From: Octopus sinensis
Lineage: Eukaryota
Direction: 5' to 3'
NCBI RefSeq assembly: GCF_006345805.1
Contig: NC_043004.1
Span: forward strand, 101,866,001-101,930,000
Length of the DNA stretch: 64,000 nt
The notes under the pieces are model-generated. The model did no database searches. It had not been told where the DNA came from and saw only the letters and a list, made by a program, of their open reading frames with translations. This document shows positions 1 through 53,300 of the stretch, one piece after another; positions within the stretch are counted from its first letter, which is position 1; every line of letters starts with the position of its first letter. The position numbers and the translations under genes were made by a program.

Positions 1-475
1 GGCTACAGCAAATATTCTGCTCAATACCACAGATTTGCTTGTCGGTTGTTTGACCGTAACCAGTTGAGCATGTCCCTTAGTGGCTGACGATATGTGCATC
101 TATGATCACGAGCAGAAGTAGTGGGAGAGCATCATAGCCATGTGTTGAGAAGGATTCTTTGGGGTTTGAATAATTCACCTCTGGAAACATGGGTGTTTCG
201 TTCAATGTCCGTAAACAACTCTTATTCAGGGACCTTTTGAGTGGGATGGGTTACTCGATCTGAAGAAAATTCTAACTGGGCTCCACCTGCAAGGTCATGT
301 GCTGTTTATCTTGATATGAGATCACCATGTCGCGCACATATGGTTGTGATGCATGTGCCTGGTGTACCCTTATCAGACGGGTAGTCATGATGGGTATACT
401 GGGCTTCGTATATTTTACCCTAGTGTCACTTTGATGGCATGCTCTGCTCGCTCACTCAATAATAATAATAATAAT
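1..475 (+). mobile_element. 3' part of a dispersed SINE-like/non-autonomous repeat ending in (AAT)n
   Basis: Positions 1-265 match the reverse complement of ~41985-42250; tail of AAT repeats at 458-477. Confidence 0.7.
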
Positions 476-477
476 AA

Positions 478-1165
478 ATAAGACATGACAGAGTTGGCCA
501 ATATAATAAGACATGACAGAGTTGGCCAATATCTACACTGGCTAATAAGTCGGCATTACAATATCAAAACTGCCGACAAGTGGTGTAGCCACCACCCTGA
601 AGATGTAACTGAAGGAGAAAATGTAACCATTCTGTGGGATTTTCCAGTACTTACAGACCGAACCATCAAGGCCAATAAACCGGATATTCTTGTGAAAGAC
701 CAGAACAATAAAGTTTGCTTATTGATCGACATGAGCATCCCCTGTGATCATAATATCTCGGCGAAAGAGTTTGACAAGCTCAGAAAATATAAAGACCTGT
801 TCATTGAAATTGAGAAAATGTGGCATCTCAAGGCGGTTACCATACCAGTGATCGTAGGAGCACTAGGAATGATCAAGAAGGGAATCGAAAATTATATGAG
901 AATGATCCCTGGTTTACCATCCCTGCAAGAAGTGCAAAAGATTGTCTTAACTGGTACATCACACGTATTGAGAAGAGCATTGTCGATGTGAGAACTATTA
1001 CTACCCATGTATATTTTAATTTAACTTTATTTCTATAAAAAAAAATGAACGAACTAGTGAGTTCAGTTTAATGGCCTACCAATGTATACTATGAGTTTCT
1101 TTGCCCTAGGAGTCGGGAAGACTCGGCAAGAAATGGAAGCAAATTTGAAAGAAGAAAAACCCATA

Positions 1166-1230
<65 letters not shown>
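478..1230 (+). mobile_element. R4/Dong-like REL non-LTR retrotransposon, short 5'-truncated copy with (AAT)n tail
   Basis: ORF 485-991 has RHD..., ILWDF, KPDI...D..IP...KE..KL.KY restriction-like endonuclease motifs; 3'UTR near-identical to 3089-3270. Confidence 0.92.
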
Positions 1231-1231
<1 letters not shown>

Positions 1232-3291
1232 TGACTATAAAAAGGCATTCGACAGTATACCGCATCCATGGATCTTGAGATCGCTGGACATCTTCAAAAT
1301 TTTCCCTGTGATTTCAAGCTTCCTGAAGCACAATATGTCGTTGTGGAATACGAATCTTCAATTATACCACTCTAATGGAGTACTTGCCTCAGAAAATATA
1401 AACATCAACTGTGGAATTTTTCAAGGTGACTCACTTTCACCTTCAATATTCTGCATAGCCCTAATACCCCTTACAAATGAATTAAACAGAACAGGGTATG
1501 GGTATAAAATTGCCAATAAAAAAATAAGCCATCTATTTTATATGGATGACTTAAAACTCTATGGTAAAGACAATAATGAACTTGAAGGCCTATTGCGCAC
1601 TGTGAAAGCATTCGGCGATGACATCGGGATGGAGTTTGGACTTGAGAAGTGTGCCAAGGCCACTTTCCAGAAAGGGAAAGTGAAGACCACAAATTCAGTC
1701 GTGTTAGATGTTGACACAGTCATAAGAGAGCTTGAGCAAGAACAAACATACAAATATTTAGGGATAAATGAAGGCTCTGGTATTCAACATGCAAGCATGA
1801 AAGAGAAGATCAGGAAGGAATGTTATAGGAGAGTTCGTGCAGTCCTGAAATCTGAACTAAATGCACGTAACAAGGTGTTAGCTATAAATTCCTCAGCAGT
1901 TCCAGTTGTTACTTATAGCTACAATGAGTTGAACTGGAATATGAGTGAAGTAAAGAATATAGACAGGAAAATAGGCAAGCTGCTGAGTTGTAATAGGATG
2001 CACCACCCAAAGGAAGATGTAGATCGCCTTTACCTTCCCAGAGCCCAAGGAGGTCGAGGCCTGATCCAATTTGAACTAGCTTACAAAACAACCACAATTG
2101 GACTGGCCAAATATCTCGAAATAACGAATGACTGGATGCTAAAGCTCGTAGAAAATCACGAGAGACGAAAGAAGCTTCATTCTATCATTCTATCAAAAAA
2201 TTTGCTATTGATCTCGTGCAGGATACCCAAACTGAACAACCCGAGGGAAGTACGGCAACTATTGTTGCAAAGAAGGTAAAAATAATGGCAACGAAAAAAG
2301 CGCACGAGCAATTGGCTGATAGGTGGGAGGAGAAACCTCTGCACGGCAAATATGTGGCCCGTAGCAAACAAGCTGATGTTGACCAGAAGCAAACCCATCA
2401 GTGGCTACGGAGCTCAGGGCTAAAAGCAGAGAGCGAAGGTTTCATCCTGGCTGCTCAAGATCAAAGCCTATTAACCCGGAACTATCAGGCCAATGTAATG
2501 AAAAATGGAGCAGACCCAAAATGCCGATTCTGCAATGACATGATTGAAACAGTGGACCACCTAATCTCTGGATGTAAAGTCTTAGCACCAGTGGAGTATA
2601 AATCAAGACATGACAGAGTTGGCCAATATCTACACTGGCTAATAAGTCGGCATTATAATATCAAAACTGCCGACAAGTGGTATAATCACCACCCTGAGGC
2701 TGTAACTGAAGGAGAAAATGTAACCATTCTGTGGGACTTTCCAGTACATACAGACCGAACCATCAAAGCCAATAAACCAGATATTGTTGTGAAAGACAAA
2801 AACAATAAAGTTTGCTTATTGATCGACATGAGCATCCCCTGTGATCATAATATCTCGGCGAAAGAATTTGACAAGCTCAGAAAATATAAAGACCTGCTCA
2901 TTGAAATTCAGAAAATGTGGCATCTCAAGGCGGTTACCATACCAGTGATCGTAGGAGCACTAGGAATGATCAAGAAACGAACCGAAAATTATATGAGAAT
3001 GATCCCTGGCTTACCATCCCTGCAAGAAGTACAAAAGATTGTCTTAACTGGTACATCACACGTATTGAGAAGAGCATTGTCGATGTGAGAACTATTACTA
3101 CCCATATATATTTTAATTTAACTTTATTTCTATCAAAAAAAAAAAAATGAACGAACTAGTGAGTTCAGTTTAATGGCCTACCAATGTATACTATGAGTTT
3201 CTTTGCCCTAGGAGTCGGGAAGACACTCGGCAAGAAATGGAGGCAAATTTGAAAGAAGAAAAACCCATAAATAATAATAATAATAATAATG

Positions 3292-3372
<81 letters not shown>

Positions 3373-3394
3373 CAACAACAATAATAATAATAAT
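1230..3394 (+). mobile_element. R4/Dong-like REL retrotransposon, 5'-truncated within RT, one frameshift (~2190)
   Basis: IDYKKAFDS, GIFQGDSLSP, YMDDLKLY, YKYLG (RT); CRFC..ETVDHLISGC (CCHC); REL domain; (AAT)n tail 3270-3394. Confidence 0.95.
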
Positions 3395-3395
3395 A

Positions 3396-3945
3396 TTTTT
3401 TTTATTGGCCACAAGGGCTCACAAACAGAACATTAAAAGACATGCAACAATATTAAAGACAAAACAGGACAAAAATGGGTCTTTGCATTTATACAATGTA
3501 ATACCAAAAAAGTGAAACAATTTAAACTCCCAATAAGGGAGGCGCTTTAAGGTCCTCGTGGAAAAACCTATAAAAACCAACAGGGCAAGAACCCTTCTCC
3601 TTTGTTTTACAGGTGCACACGCTCGGAATTGGTCCTTTCACACTGGCCATTCTTCCAGCATTCACCCACCCTTGAACAAGCTTGCTCCAAAGCAACACTT
3701 CCCTCTCCAACCTCAGCTTCCTTTTCAAGTGAAACTTGTAAAAGTTGATGAAAGCTTGGCCAAAGAGGAAAGTGCCTTGTTTTCAGCCCTTTCCACCATA
3801 CTACCTCTTTCGCTATAGCCACTAGATAATTAAAAATTGCCTGCAACTCCTGGCCAAAGGAGAGCGAGAGGGAACCTTCATAGTAGATTCAGCAGATAGC
3901 CGGATTCGTATCACACGAGATGCCACAACCTCAGCGCATTCCATA
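3396..3945 (-). mobile_element. Tx1/L1-like LINE 3' end fragment with poly(A)
   Basis: Minus-strand peptides AIAKEVVWW..., KRKLRLEREVL are homologous to 53790-54050; CCAATAAAAAAAA terminus. Confidence 0.75.
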
Positions 3946-5618
3946 ATGATTTCTTTTCATCCACAACTTTTCTTGCGACTCTTTCCATGACATCAGGAGG
4001 GTATCTCCCCTTGTAATCTTCGTTTTGTAATTTCTAGGCATGGCATGTTAAACTGAAATAGAAGAGGTAGGTTTTTGCATGCCTGGGGTAAGTTGATACA
4101 CTGTAACAATTAGCCCCGACGATGAATTTCTGAGGATTACCTCGTACACAGCACTTGCAATGCATGGCATCCAGGGAACACAACTTCATGAATCGAAGGC
4201 AACTTCCAACACTTCCTAATGAGCCACAAAGTATTTCAGTAACACCACTTTTAGAGTTAGAAACAATGGGCTTGTAACAATTTACCCGTGTTAAAGATAG
4301 ACCCTGTTTCCCCTATTGCATTGAATAAATCAAAATGCGCTTACAGCAGAGTTAACTCTTCTACAGAGTGAAGACATTAGTAAATCTCTTGCTATTTTTA
4401 TTAATCTTCAGTCGTCTGCACAAAAACCGCGATGAAAATACGTCAGGTATTCTTAATTTTATTCTCAGCCATTCCCCATGTTAAACACAAGCTAAAGAGA
4501 TAAAATAGACAAAGCTATGCAACCTATTTTCACGTGAATATTAAAGGCACGACACAAAAATAAACTGGAAATTCAACTTAATCACGAAAAGAATATCGTG
4601 TCATGTCTAGTACACGTTAGTGCTTACAATAACAAATCGAATGAGTCATTCTAGACCTGTTTCTTTTTGCATTGTATACTAAAGGAAATTTCATAATAAA
4701 AGTATAGAGAACATAAACTAAGCCTAACATATGATCTGTATGTTAAATGAATCACCGAACATTACGTACATTATATTCACATGCATTTAATCTCTATCAC
4801 TCAAGGATACATCCGCGTAAACCTTGTATACTCTCATGTGTGAGGAAATGGAAATTTTTTGGTATCATCTATTCTCCATTACACGTGTTTCATTTGCTAA
4901 TGAGACTTGCAAAGGTTAACATGTTCTATAAACTTGTAAGGAATTTCTTATCAAAATTCGTCTGACACAAGAAATTTCTTAATATACAAAAATGCATTAC
5001 AGAAATGAATTTATTATACAAAGATACATTTATAATACAAAAACGCATTTATAATATATAAACGCATTTTATACAATAATGCGTTTAAAAAGGTGTATTT
5101 TATAATTACAAAATGCATTTTTATAAATACAAAATTCACGAGTATTCAAATATAGCGCTTTTATTTGGATACTCATTAGGAACTTCACAAAACTTCACAA
5201 ATATCCCTAGTGAAGGAAAGAGAAACACAGATATACACACATACGTGTGTAGGCACAGACACACATATATCTCGAGCACATAGATATACAGTATATATAC
5301 CTAGCTACACAAACACGCATATATCTATACATTTTTTTCTGCCAGTGGCCTAGTATCTATACAAAGTCTATAGACGTTTCTTTTTCATATAAAAATTAGT
5401 GTAGATTTAAGTACAAAGAGGCGAGCCTTAACAGGTTGCCTAACATACTAGAAAGAACAGTCAAAAAGTCCAAACCACAGCCAAGAGCAATTTCGAAGGG
5501 AATGATCGGATGGAAGATACAGGAAATTTACCATAAAATGCGCCATCTGAAAGATCCAGCCTTGGCATATTGCATACAGAAATTCGGTATCTGCCTTGAT
5601 AATATACCCACCTTTTAC

Positions 5619-5619
5619 C

Positions 5620-5698
<79 letters not shown>

Positions 5699-5738
5699 TA
5701 TATATATATTATATATATATAATATATATATATATATA

Positions 5739-5816
<78 letters not shown>

Positions 5817-5850
5817 TTATTTATTTATTTATATATATATATATATACAC
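5619..5850. repeat. Interrupted (TA)n microsatellite, representative of many TA/CA/AG tracts (e.g. 9975, 10874, 11250, 11996, 17620, 18414, 27620, 27805, 57780, 58195, 61650)
   Basis: Direct reading. Confidence 0.95.
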
Positions 5851-6270
5851 AAACACACAAACACACACAACCATACACATATACACATACATACACATAC
5901 GTGCACAAACCAATACAAATACCCATATACATACATACACACTCACACACACAGACTGTTAAGGGAGCAATAAAACAAGACAAAATAATACATACATATA
6001 CAAGTGACACCTATAATAAGAGTAATGAAAATAATGATTTCTTTTATTGGCCACAAAGGCACAAGACATGGAATGGAGAACAGCATCAAAGTACGAGCTA
6101 CGACACACCAGATAAAAATAAAACATCGATCAAAGGGAGACACGAACACATCAAAAGGATATATAATAGAAATTAGAGAAATAAAATAATTAATAGATAA
6201 ATAATTAGAATCCCCAAAGCAGCTAGTCAGAAAATCTCGATAAGAAACGAAAGTAGAAATTATACTGATT

Positions 6271-6843
6271 AATGTTTATCGCCACTTCAACAGATGTTAG
6301 TTCTTCAGCGTGATTGAAACAGATGTTACTACCGTTTTTAACTCCAGGAGGAGTTTTCTCTAGCTGGTAATCGATGTAATCTGCACCCGATATATTCTGC
6401 AAGCAGGGAAGCGAACTCCTACCAATAGCAACAGCGACGGAACCATTTTCATTGGTAGACACTCGTCCGCTAGTGATAGCAGTAGTCTGCTTCAGCATGC
6501 ACTAGAACGTTAAAAAAGGTAGTAATATCAGTTCCTATGGAACAACCATATTGAAGTGGCAATAAACATTACGTCTCAGTATAGTTACTGGTTACTACTT
6601 ATTTTTATATATATTTCGGAGCTGGAGCAGATTACTGCTATCTTTAGCGGATGGGTGTCCACCATTGAGGATGAGTAGAAATAGCGAGAAAGTGTTCGCT
6701 CTGGTAATCCGGTCTTTATCGCTAGAAAATGGTAGGGGTTCGCTCCCCTGTTTGCAATATATATCGGGTGCAGATTGCATCGATAACCTGCTGGAGAAGG
6801 CTCCTCCTGAGCTTAAAACGATAGTAACATCCATATTGAAGTG
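6271..6843. mobile_element. MITE/fold-back-like element plus adjacent inverted copy
   Basis: 6322-6497 is the imperfect reverse complement of 6619-6831; 6511-6570 is inverted relative to 6271-6340. Confidence 0.65.
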
Positions 6844-8228
6844 ACGCTGAGTATTACTTCTCAGTATACTCTCATCTCTTGTAGAAATTTTTTAACTTTT
6901 TTAATTTGCTTAATGCCGACATTGTTATCTGTATACGTTAACATACTGTTTCAGATGAAAGAACAAATAAGAAAGTATTCCGAACTAATGATAAATATGC
7001 AGGTACTATCTGTAACACTAGATTATATTGGAGACTTTGATTATATAATTAGTTGTGTTAGTGCCAATGTCGAAAAACTGGATTTCGCAAAAACTAGGAA
7101 GGACAACACTAATTAGAAATTCTAATGATAATTCTAGGGAATGGCGAGCACATTAATATTACAGTGAGATGTTTAATGTAAAGAAGGGTGAGAAAGATAA
7201 ATGAAGCATGAAATATACGATGATCATGCGCCATAAATGAAGAAACTGTCAGAAATTTCCAGGATAGGAATTGCAAGACGGTTTGAGAAAGAAACTGTCA
7301 GCCGCGAATGCAGTGAAACGAATGCCTGTTCATACGGAGATCAGCCATGTTGTTTTTAGTATTCTGATGATTAATGTTAGACATATCCCCCGTTTTAACA
7401 AGACCATGAGACATCTTGGTTACCTCTATCGAAATTCTTTCTGTTGCAAGCATTGGGTCCAGTTTTTCAGTTTCAGGATACCCCCCTCCTCCATTCACCG
7501 GTGTCGGTGACCTTGTGAAGGGCAATGGCCACTGCCTTGTTTCGTAAATAAAAGGATACAAAACAATTCATTAAGTTGATTTAAGTGTATGAGACAGTAG
7601 GGAGTAGAATGAGCTAAGTTTGTTCAGTGTAGCGTATAATTCTGAATATCATAAATATCATATGTGAGCGTTCTCTTTGCAAAATACAAACAGACTACGG
7701 TCTTATGTAAATTATACAGTGTGTTAAATAGCATGTCCATCAGCTGAGATTATCCAAGTACTTGATGAACAAAAACCCTTTAAAAGTATCTAAGAACTAA
7801 AAACAGATGACAACTCCTTGAAGATTTAATATCAATGTCCTTATCATACAGAACACTTCTCTCTGATAATTCAATAACATTTATGTTTTACGTGTATTAC
7901 TGACGTTTTAAGCGTATCTTGCAGTTCTAAAGTTATTGTGTGAATATGAAATAGCAAAAATATGTCAGCGGTGTCTGCCTAGTGTCTAATTTTAGATTAC
8001 ACACCTTCGTGGGAATCATGTGATTATATACCTTCCCTAAAGGCTCATGTGACTATATACCTTTCTTAACCAATCATATGATAACTCAGGTGATTGCATC
8101 AAATGCAAATGATCCGTAAAATACATAAGTTACGTCATTCATTTCTCTTATAGCCACTGAATCAAAGTAGTGGTTGTCAATCTACTGAAAATTTCCTTTA
8201 ACACGCTCAGAAGCCAACACTGATAACA

Positions 8229-48086
<39,858 letters not shown>

Positions 48087-50139
48087 TAATACGAAAATCC
48101 TTTCTAGTGTAGGGAAAATGCCTGAAATTTTAGGCGGGGGTGGGTACTCAGTCATATCGACCACAGTGCCCAACTGATACTTATTTCATCAACCCCCAAA
48201 AGAATAAAAGGCAAACTGGATCTGCACAAGATAAGAACAAAGGGTCCAAACTTTGAGATACGACAATATTCACAGACATGTAAATTTAGGTTAATCTATC
48301 GGGTTTTTTGTGTAGGACAAGAAGAAACGAAGTGCTTCATAGTCAAAGTATCAATTCAAATAAACAATAAAGGATCTGCAAAAGAAATGGAGAAAATTTC
48401 TAAATATTGTAGCAAGAGCCATACCTAGAACATGAAGAATGGAAATTAAAACATTACCTATAATGATAGATGCCTTGAGAATGGGAATTAATTATAGTTG
48501 CAAAAGTAGTGAAGTTGTTTCAAAACAATGAAGACTTCTACTGTGTATGCAAAATAGTACATGCTTGAAATAATTTCTGCTGCACTAATTCATGCAATGG
48601 AACTGTGAACCAATGTATTTTCACAAATTATAGTCGGATTACTTATTTTAACTATTATTAACTATATCATTCAGTTAACTATAAACTATTGTAACAAATT
48701 AACAGTTTCAAAATATTGCACTTCTCTCTTATATAAATAAGTCAGGGGACAAATGGTAGTGCTTATGGCATTTTAAATCTTCATAGACTGGTGAGATTGA
48801 TATTGCTTATGCTCAGCTTGATAATCTCTAACTCAACGTGTATAGAAAATACGTAGACAAAGAGGGATTCCAGAAGAGCTAATTTTGGAGAGGCAGGATA
48901 GGAAGTTGGGGTACTCCATGGTTTGAATACCGTAAGAATAACTGAAGAAGAAAATTAGGTGAGACGAGTCAACCTGGGCTGTGAGATTATGCAACTAGCT
49001 AGTTAAGAAGAATAGTAATTATTGTAGAATCGATAGAAGAGACAAAGAGAACCGGTTTGTTTATGAGCTAATTGTTGAAGTATGTTAGTGATGGATGCTT
49101 CGCTAATTAGTTGAGTGACCCGTTGTGTTTGGTGTTAGAGGTCCGTGTGCATTTTGTACGTATGTGTGTGTGTGTGTGTGTGTGTGTCTCTTTCTGTTTA
49201 GATTGGCCGTCTGACTAAATAGGAGTAGTTGTAGTACCATCCACCAGTTTTTTGGTCACCCAAAATTTAGAAAACCGAAAGGGAAAATATCATATTTTCA
49301 TTTCAATTCGCAAAAATAAGTTTTTAAGATCTTCTCGAATTAAATTCTTTTTATTTAATCTAATTTCACTTCTTTTTTTTTTCTTTTTGTATTTTCTAGA
49401 ATTCAGCTGCAAAAATCTTCGTAAAGACCGGAATGATTTTCATTTCGATTTCTTATTGGTTAATTTAACACTTTTACAAATACTGATCAGATCATATTAA
49501 TAAAATATCAATTCCTATATAAGTATGAAAAGTAATCTTTGATGTATAGCTGAGGAAAATCTTTCATGAATATTCTAAACTTATACGTATACATACGTAT
49601 CTGATTGTATGAGCGCGTGTGTGAAAAAATTTAAACTTAATTGCATATACCAATAAAGACAAATTCTGATTATTGCATACGATTTTAGTTTCCAATATTG
49701 CATAAGGTAATCGGCGAAATGTGACATAAAATGAACCTGTATCTGGTGTGATATGAATTAAGGGATTCTTATAAGCTTCATTTTTCCCAATGAGTTAAAG
49801 CTTTATTTTCCATAATGAATTAAAATTCAGTGTTACTTGCTTACAAAGGATTTATATACAGAATGTGATATTTGTTCATGTTATTCTCCGATTCCAATAA
49901 AGTTCAAACATTCAAATACTTTTTGTATTATTTCTACGTAATAAAATTTTTCAATAAATAAACCTAAAAATAGTTTTAGAAGCCATTTTGTTCTACTTAT
50001 TTTGCTTTTCTTGTTCTGTTTATCATCGACTAGATTGACTGAGACCCGACACATCACTCTGGATGGTACTTCCAGTAATAACTCTACAAAACTCAGTACC
50101 CAGGTCTATGATACTGGCAAGCATGATATATTGTAAACT

Positions 50140-50372
50140 AAGGCGGCGAGCTGGCAGAATCGTTAGCACGGCGGGCGAAATGCGTAGCGGTATTTCGTCT
50201 GCCGTTACGTTCTGAGTTCAAATTCCGCCGAGGTCGACTTTTCCTTTCATCCTTTTGGGGTCGGTAAATTAAGTACCAGTTACGCACTGGGATCGATATA
50301 ATCGAATTAATCCGTTTGTCTGTCCTTGTTTGTCCTCTCTGCGTGTAGCCCCTTGTGGGTAGTAAAGAAATA
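50140..50372 (+). mobile_element. SINE family 1
   Basis: Full head-core-tail match to 11006. Confidence 0.88.
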
Positions 50373-50399
50373 GATATATTATAAAGTATCAAAAGGATA

Positions 50400-53300
50400 G
50401 CAAAAATGTTTAAATTTCAAATTGTCCCCAAGCCTTCACATATACCAGCCCCCACACAAGTAAACATTCCCACTCCACCAACTGCGGTGCCGGCCCCTGA
50501 ACAAAATACTTCAAAATCCCAACCCTGCACACACCACCCAAACAAAAACAAAAATACCCGCCCCCTTATTGGCACCGAAAGGAAAACGTTTAACCCTCTC
50601 GGACGACACCGTGGATGTGGCAGAGGAGGGATATTCTGTTGTTACGCGGAGGAGAACATTGGCACCATCGCCATCCGTACAAAAAAAATCAAAGAACTAG
50701 CACCACAGACAGAAAAAAAGACCCCGCCCAATGGTCCCAGAAGTAGAAAAAAACGAATGTTATCCGAGTTCGATACTCAAAATCAACACATAAACGAAAC
50801 TGTGACATTACACCCAAAGACGAGATTATATGATATGCATAAAGACCTCAAAAAGAGATGTGTCTTGGTAGAAGAAACCTTATACAGGCAACTAAGGGAT
50901 AAGCATTCAACGACCATCTGGAAGATAGTCGATTTACCAAATTATTTAAAGAAGGAGGAAGGAGGGGTTGACAAGCTTGCAGTGAGGTCAGCCCCAACGT
51001 CACCCGTAAAGAGTAAGTAGAACTTTTGCTTTTTAATGACTGCGCTTAACCTTGGTTGTTTGAATGTGCGTGGTCTGAGTTCGATATGGAAGCAAACTTG
51101 TTTTCTCGACGATCTCAGATCACATGATATACATGTGATGGTTGCTACAGAGACCAAGCTGGACAGTCTACAAACCTTCTCGCCGCTCCTGAATGGCTAT
51201 GAGAAAATCATGTCTCCTGGCCAGACCGGAGGGCGAGAAATTTCTGGAGAAATTTCTCGTGACGTCGAAGACATTAGTGGTGTTAGGAGACTTTAACGCT
51301 ATTGTTGATGCGGGCATCGATAGCGTTGGCTCGATCGATAGGAAGGAGAACTCACGCCACGTGAATCTACTTAAGCGCTTTCAGCTGGCAGATCGGTACA
51401 GGCTTGACCATCCGAACGTCCCAGAGTGGACATAGATTAATGGCGACGGAAGGCTCAAGTCTTACCTAGACAGGATAGTCATAAGAGCCACAGATAAGGA
51501 TAATTTTAATTGTCCACAGCTTGTTCAGGTGTCCAACACTGACCATAAAATGGTTAAGTGTAAGCTGAATATAGATAGGACAGTTAAGAGAGGATCCGGC
51601 TACTGGAAACTGAACAAGTCTATTTTGGCTTGCGAGGCATACTGTAGCCGAATTAAAGAGCTAGTACAGAGAGCGTTGACCGGCTTGGTGGTTAATAACC
51701 GGTGGTAGTTCGCCCTCAAGAGAGCCATTTGTTTCGAGTCTATTAGGTTTAGCCACCAGCTAGGACTAGTTAAGGCTAGAATAGAAGGGAAGCTAGTTAA
51801 GGACTTAGAGGAGGTGTTGAGGTTGGGCTCTGCATCCCACATCCTGGCAACGAGAACGGTCCTGGACCGTTACTTCAAAGCCAAGTATGAGAGGTGCAGA
51901 GTTCGGGATAAAGTGCGTACATTGGGCCGTGAAGGGATTAATGTTGCCGGATGGGCCCGTACGGTAGAGACCCAGCGTGGCAACGATTCCACAATAAGGT
52001 CTCTTGTTGACGACAGTGGGAGTTCGGTCGAGGGACAGGGCGAGATGTGTGAGGCACTTTACAAGCACTTCGCTTTGTCGTTCGGGAGGGGAGGGGCGCT
52101 GGATCATGGTGACGCCCTCAGGGACTTCCTGTCTGGCGGCCCGTGTCTGTCGGCACGAGAGGCTGAGTGCTGTGAAGGGCCAGTCACATCCGAGGAGGTG
52201 ATCGAAGTGCTGGGCGAAGTCGCCGGGTCTCGATGGTCTACCCTATGAATTTTATAAAAGTATGCCAGACTTTTTCGGGCACCTGCTGGCCAGCGTCTAT
52301 GCCAATTGGCAGCAGAACGGGAGAATTCCCAAGTCTGCGAGCCGAGGGGTGGTGAGATTGATCAGGAAGGACCCGATTAAAGAGTACGGGATAGAAAATG
52401 TCAGGCCCATTACTCTGTTGAACACAGAGTTAAAGATTGCTTCCATTTGGAACTCAGACCACGCACATTCAAACAATAGCGCGGGTCATGGGCGGGATGG
52501 TGGGGGAAGCGCAAACGCGCGCCATCCCAGACTGGTCGATCCACAACAATCTCCATCTTATACGCTACTCCTTAGAGAGGGTAAGGAAACTTTCTGGCGC
52601 AGGGGGGAGGCACTGGTACATTTAAACCAGTCTAACGCGTTTGATAGGGTCGACCATCGGTACTTTATGGCGGTCCTCGAGAAGGCTGGCTTAGGCCCGA
52701 CCTTCCGCGGTTGGATTGCTGCGTTGTACAGCGACATCGAGTCTGTCGTGAAAGTGAGTGGTTTCTTTTCGAAGCCATTCAGGATCGAACATTAGTGCGT
52801 CAGGTGGCAGGAGCGAAGGTTAACAAGGACAAGTCGGTCGGTTTGCAACTCGGCACCTGGAGGGGCAAGCCTATGTCGTCCAATAACGTCGTGGGGCGTT
52901 GGACGGAAGGTCCTGTTAAGCTGCTCGGAGTTTGGATTGGTCCAGACCTCCAGATAGAGAAAAATTGGAGTGAGGTGGGCAGCAAGGTGACTGCTCTAAC
53001 CCAGACCTGGTCTGGGCGGGCGTTATCCTTACTAGGGAGGGCGGAGGTGGTGCAGATGTGTATAGCATCAGTAATCACCTACCATCTGACCGTAGTGCCT
53101 TGCCCGATTTGTGGCTGAACAAATTGGAGAGAATCCTTTTCCGCTTTTTGTGGAAGGGAGGAAAGCCACTTGTGAAGCGCTCTGTCAGCTGCTAGAAACC
53201 GCTAAAGGGTGGGTTAGGGATGCCTTGGCTGAAGATGCGAAAATTCGCGTTGAGGTTGAGGCACCTCTGGCTTTACCTGGATGGAGAGCAGGTATGGTCA

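Noticed and set aside
7270-7560. Minus-strand ISIEVTKMS motif resembling a REL-LINE C-terminus
   Set aside because: Too short and degenerate to assign.
49815-49950. Possible degraded exon-2 paralog on the minus strand (…TGA ACT TTA TTG GAA TCG GAG AAT AAC ATG…, followed by GTAAGC)
   Set aside because: Only patchy, roughly 60% similarity in AT-rich DNA and the wrong length; a true partner of the 85%-identical exon 1 copy should align far better.
50406-51020. 204-aa Pro-rich ORF as a novel host gene
   Set aside because: It sits 15 bp upstream of the LINE APE start in the same orientation and is best explained as the tail of Tx1/L1 ORF1.
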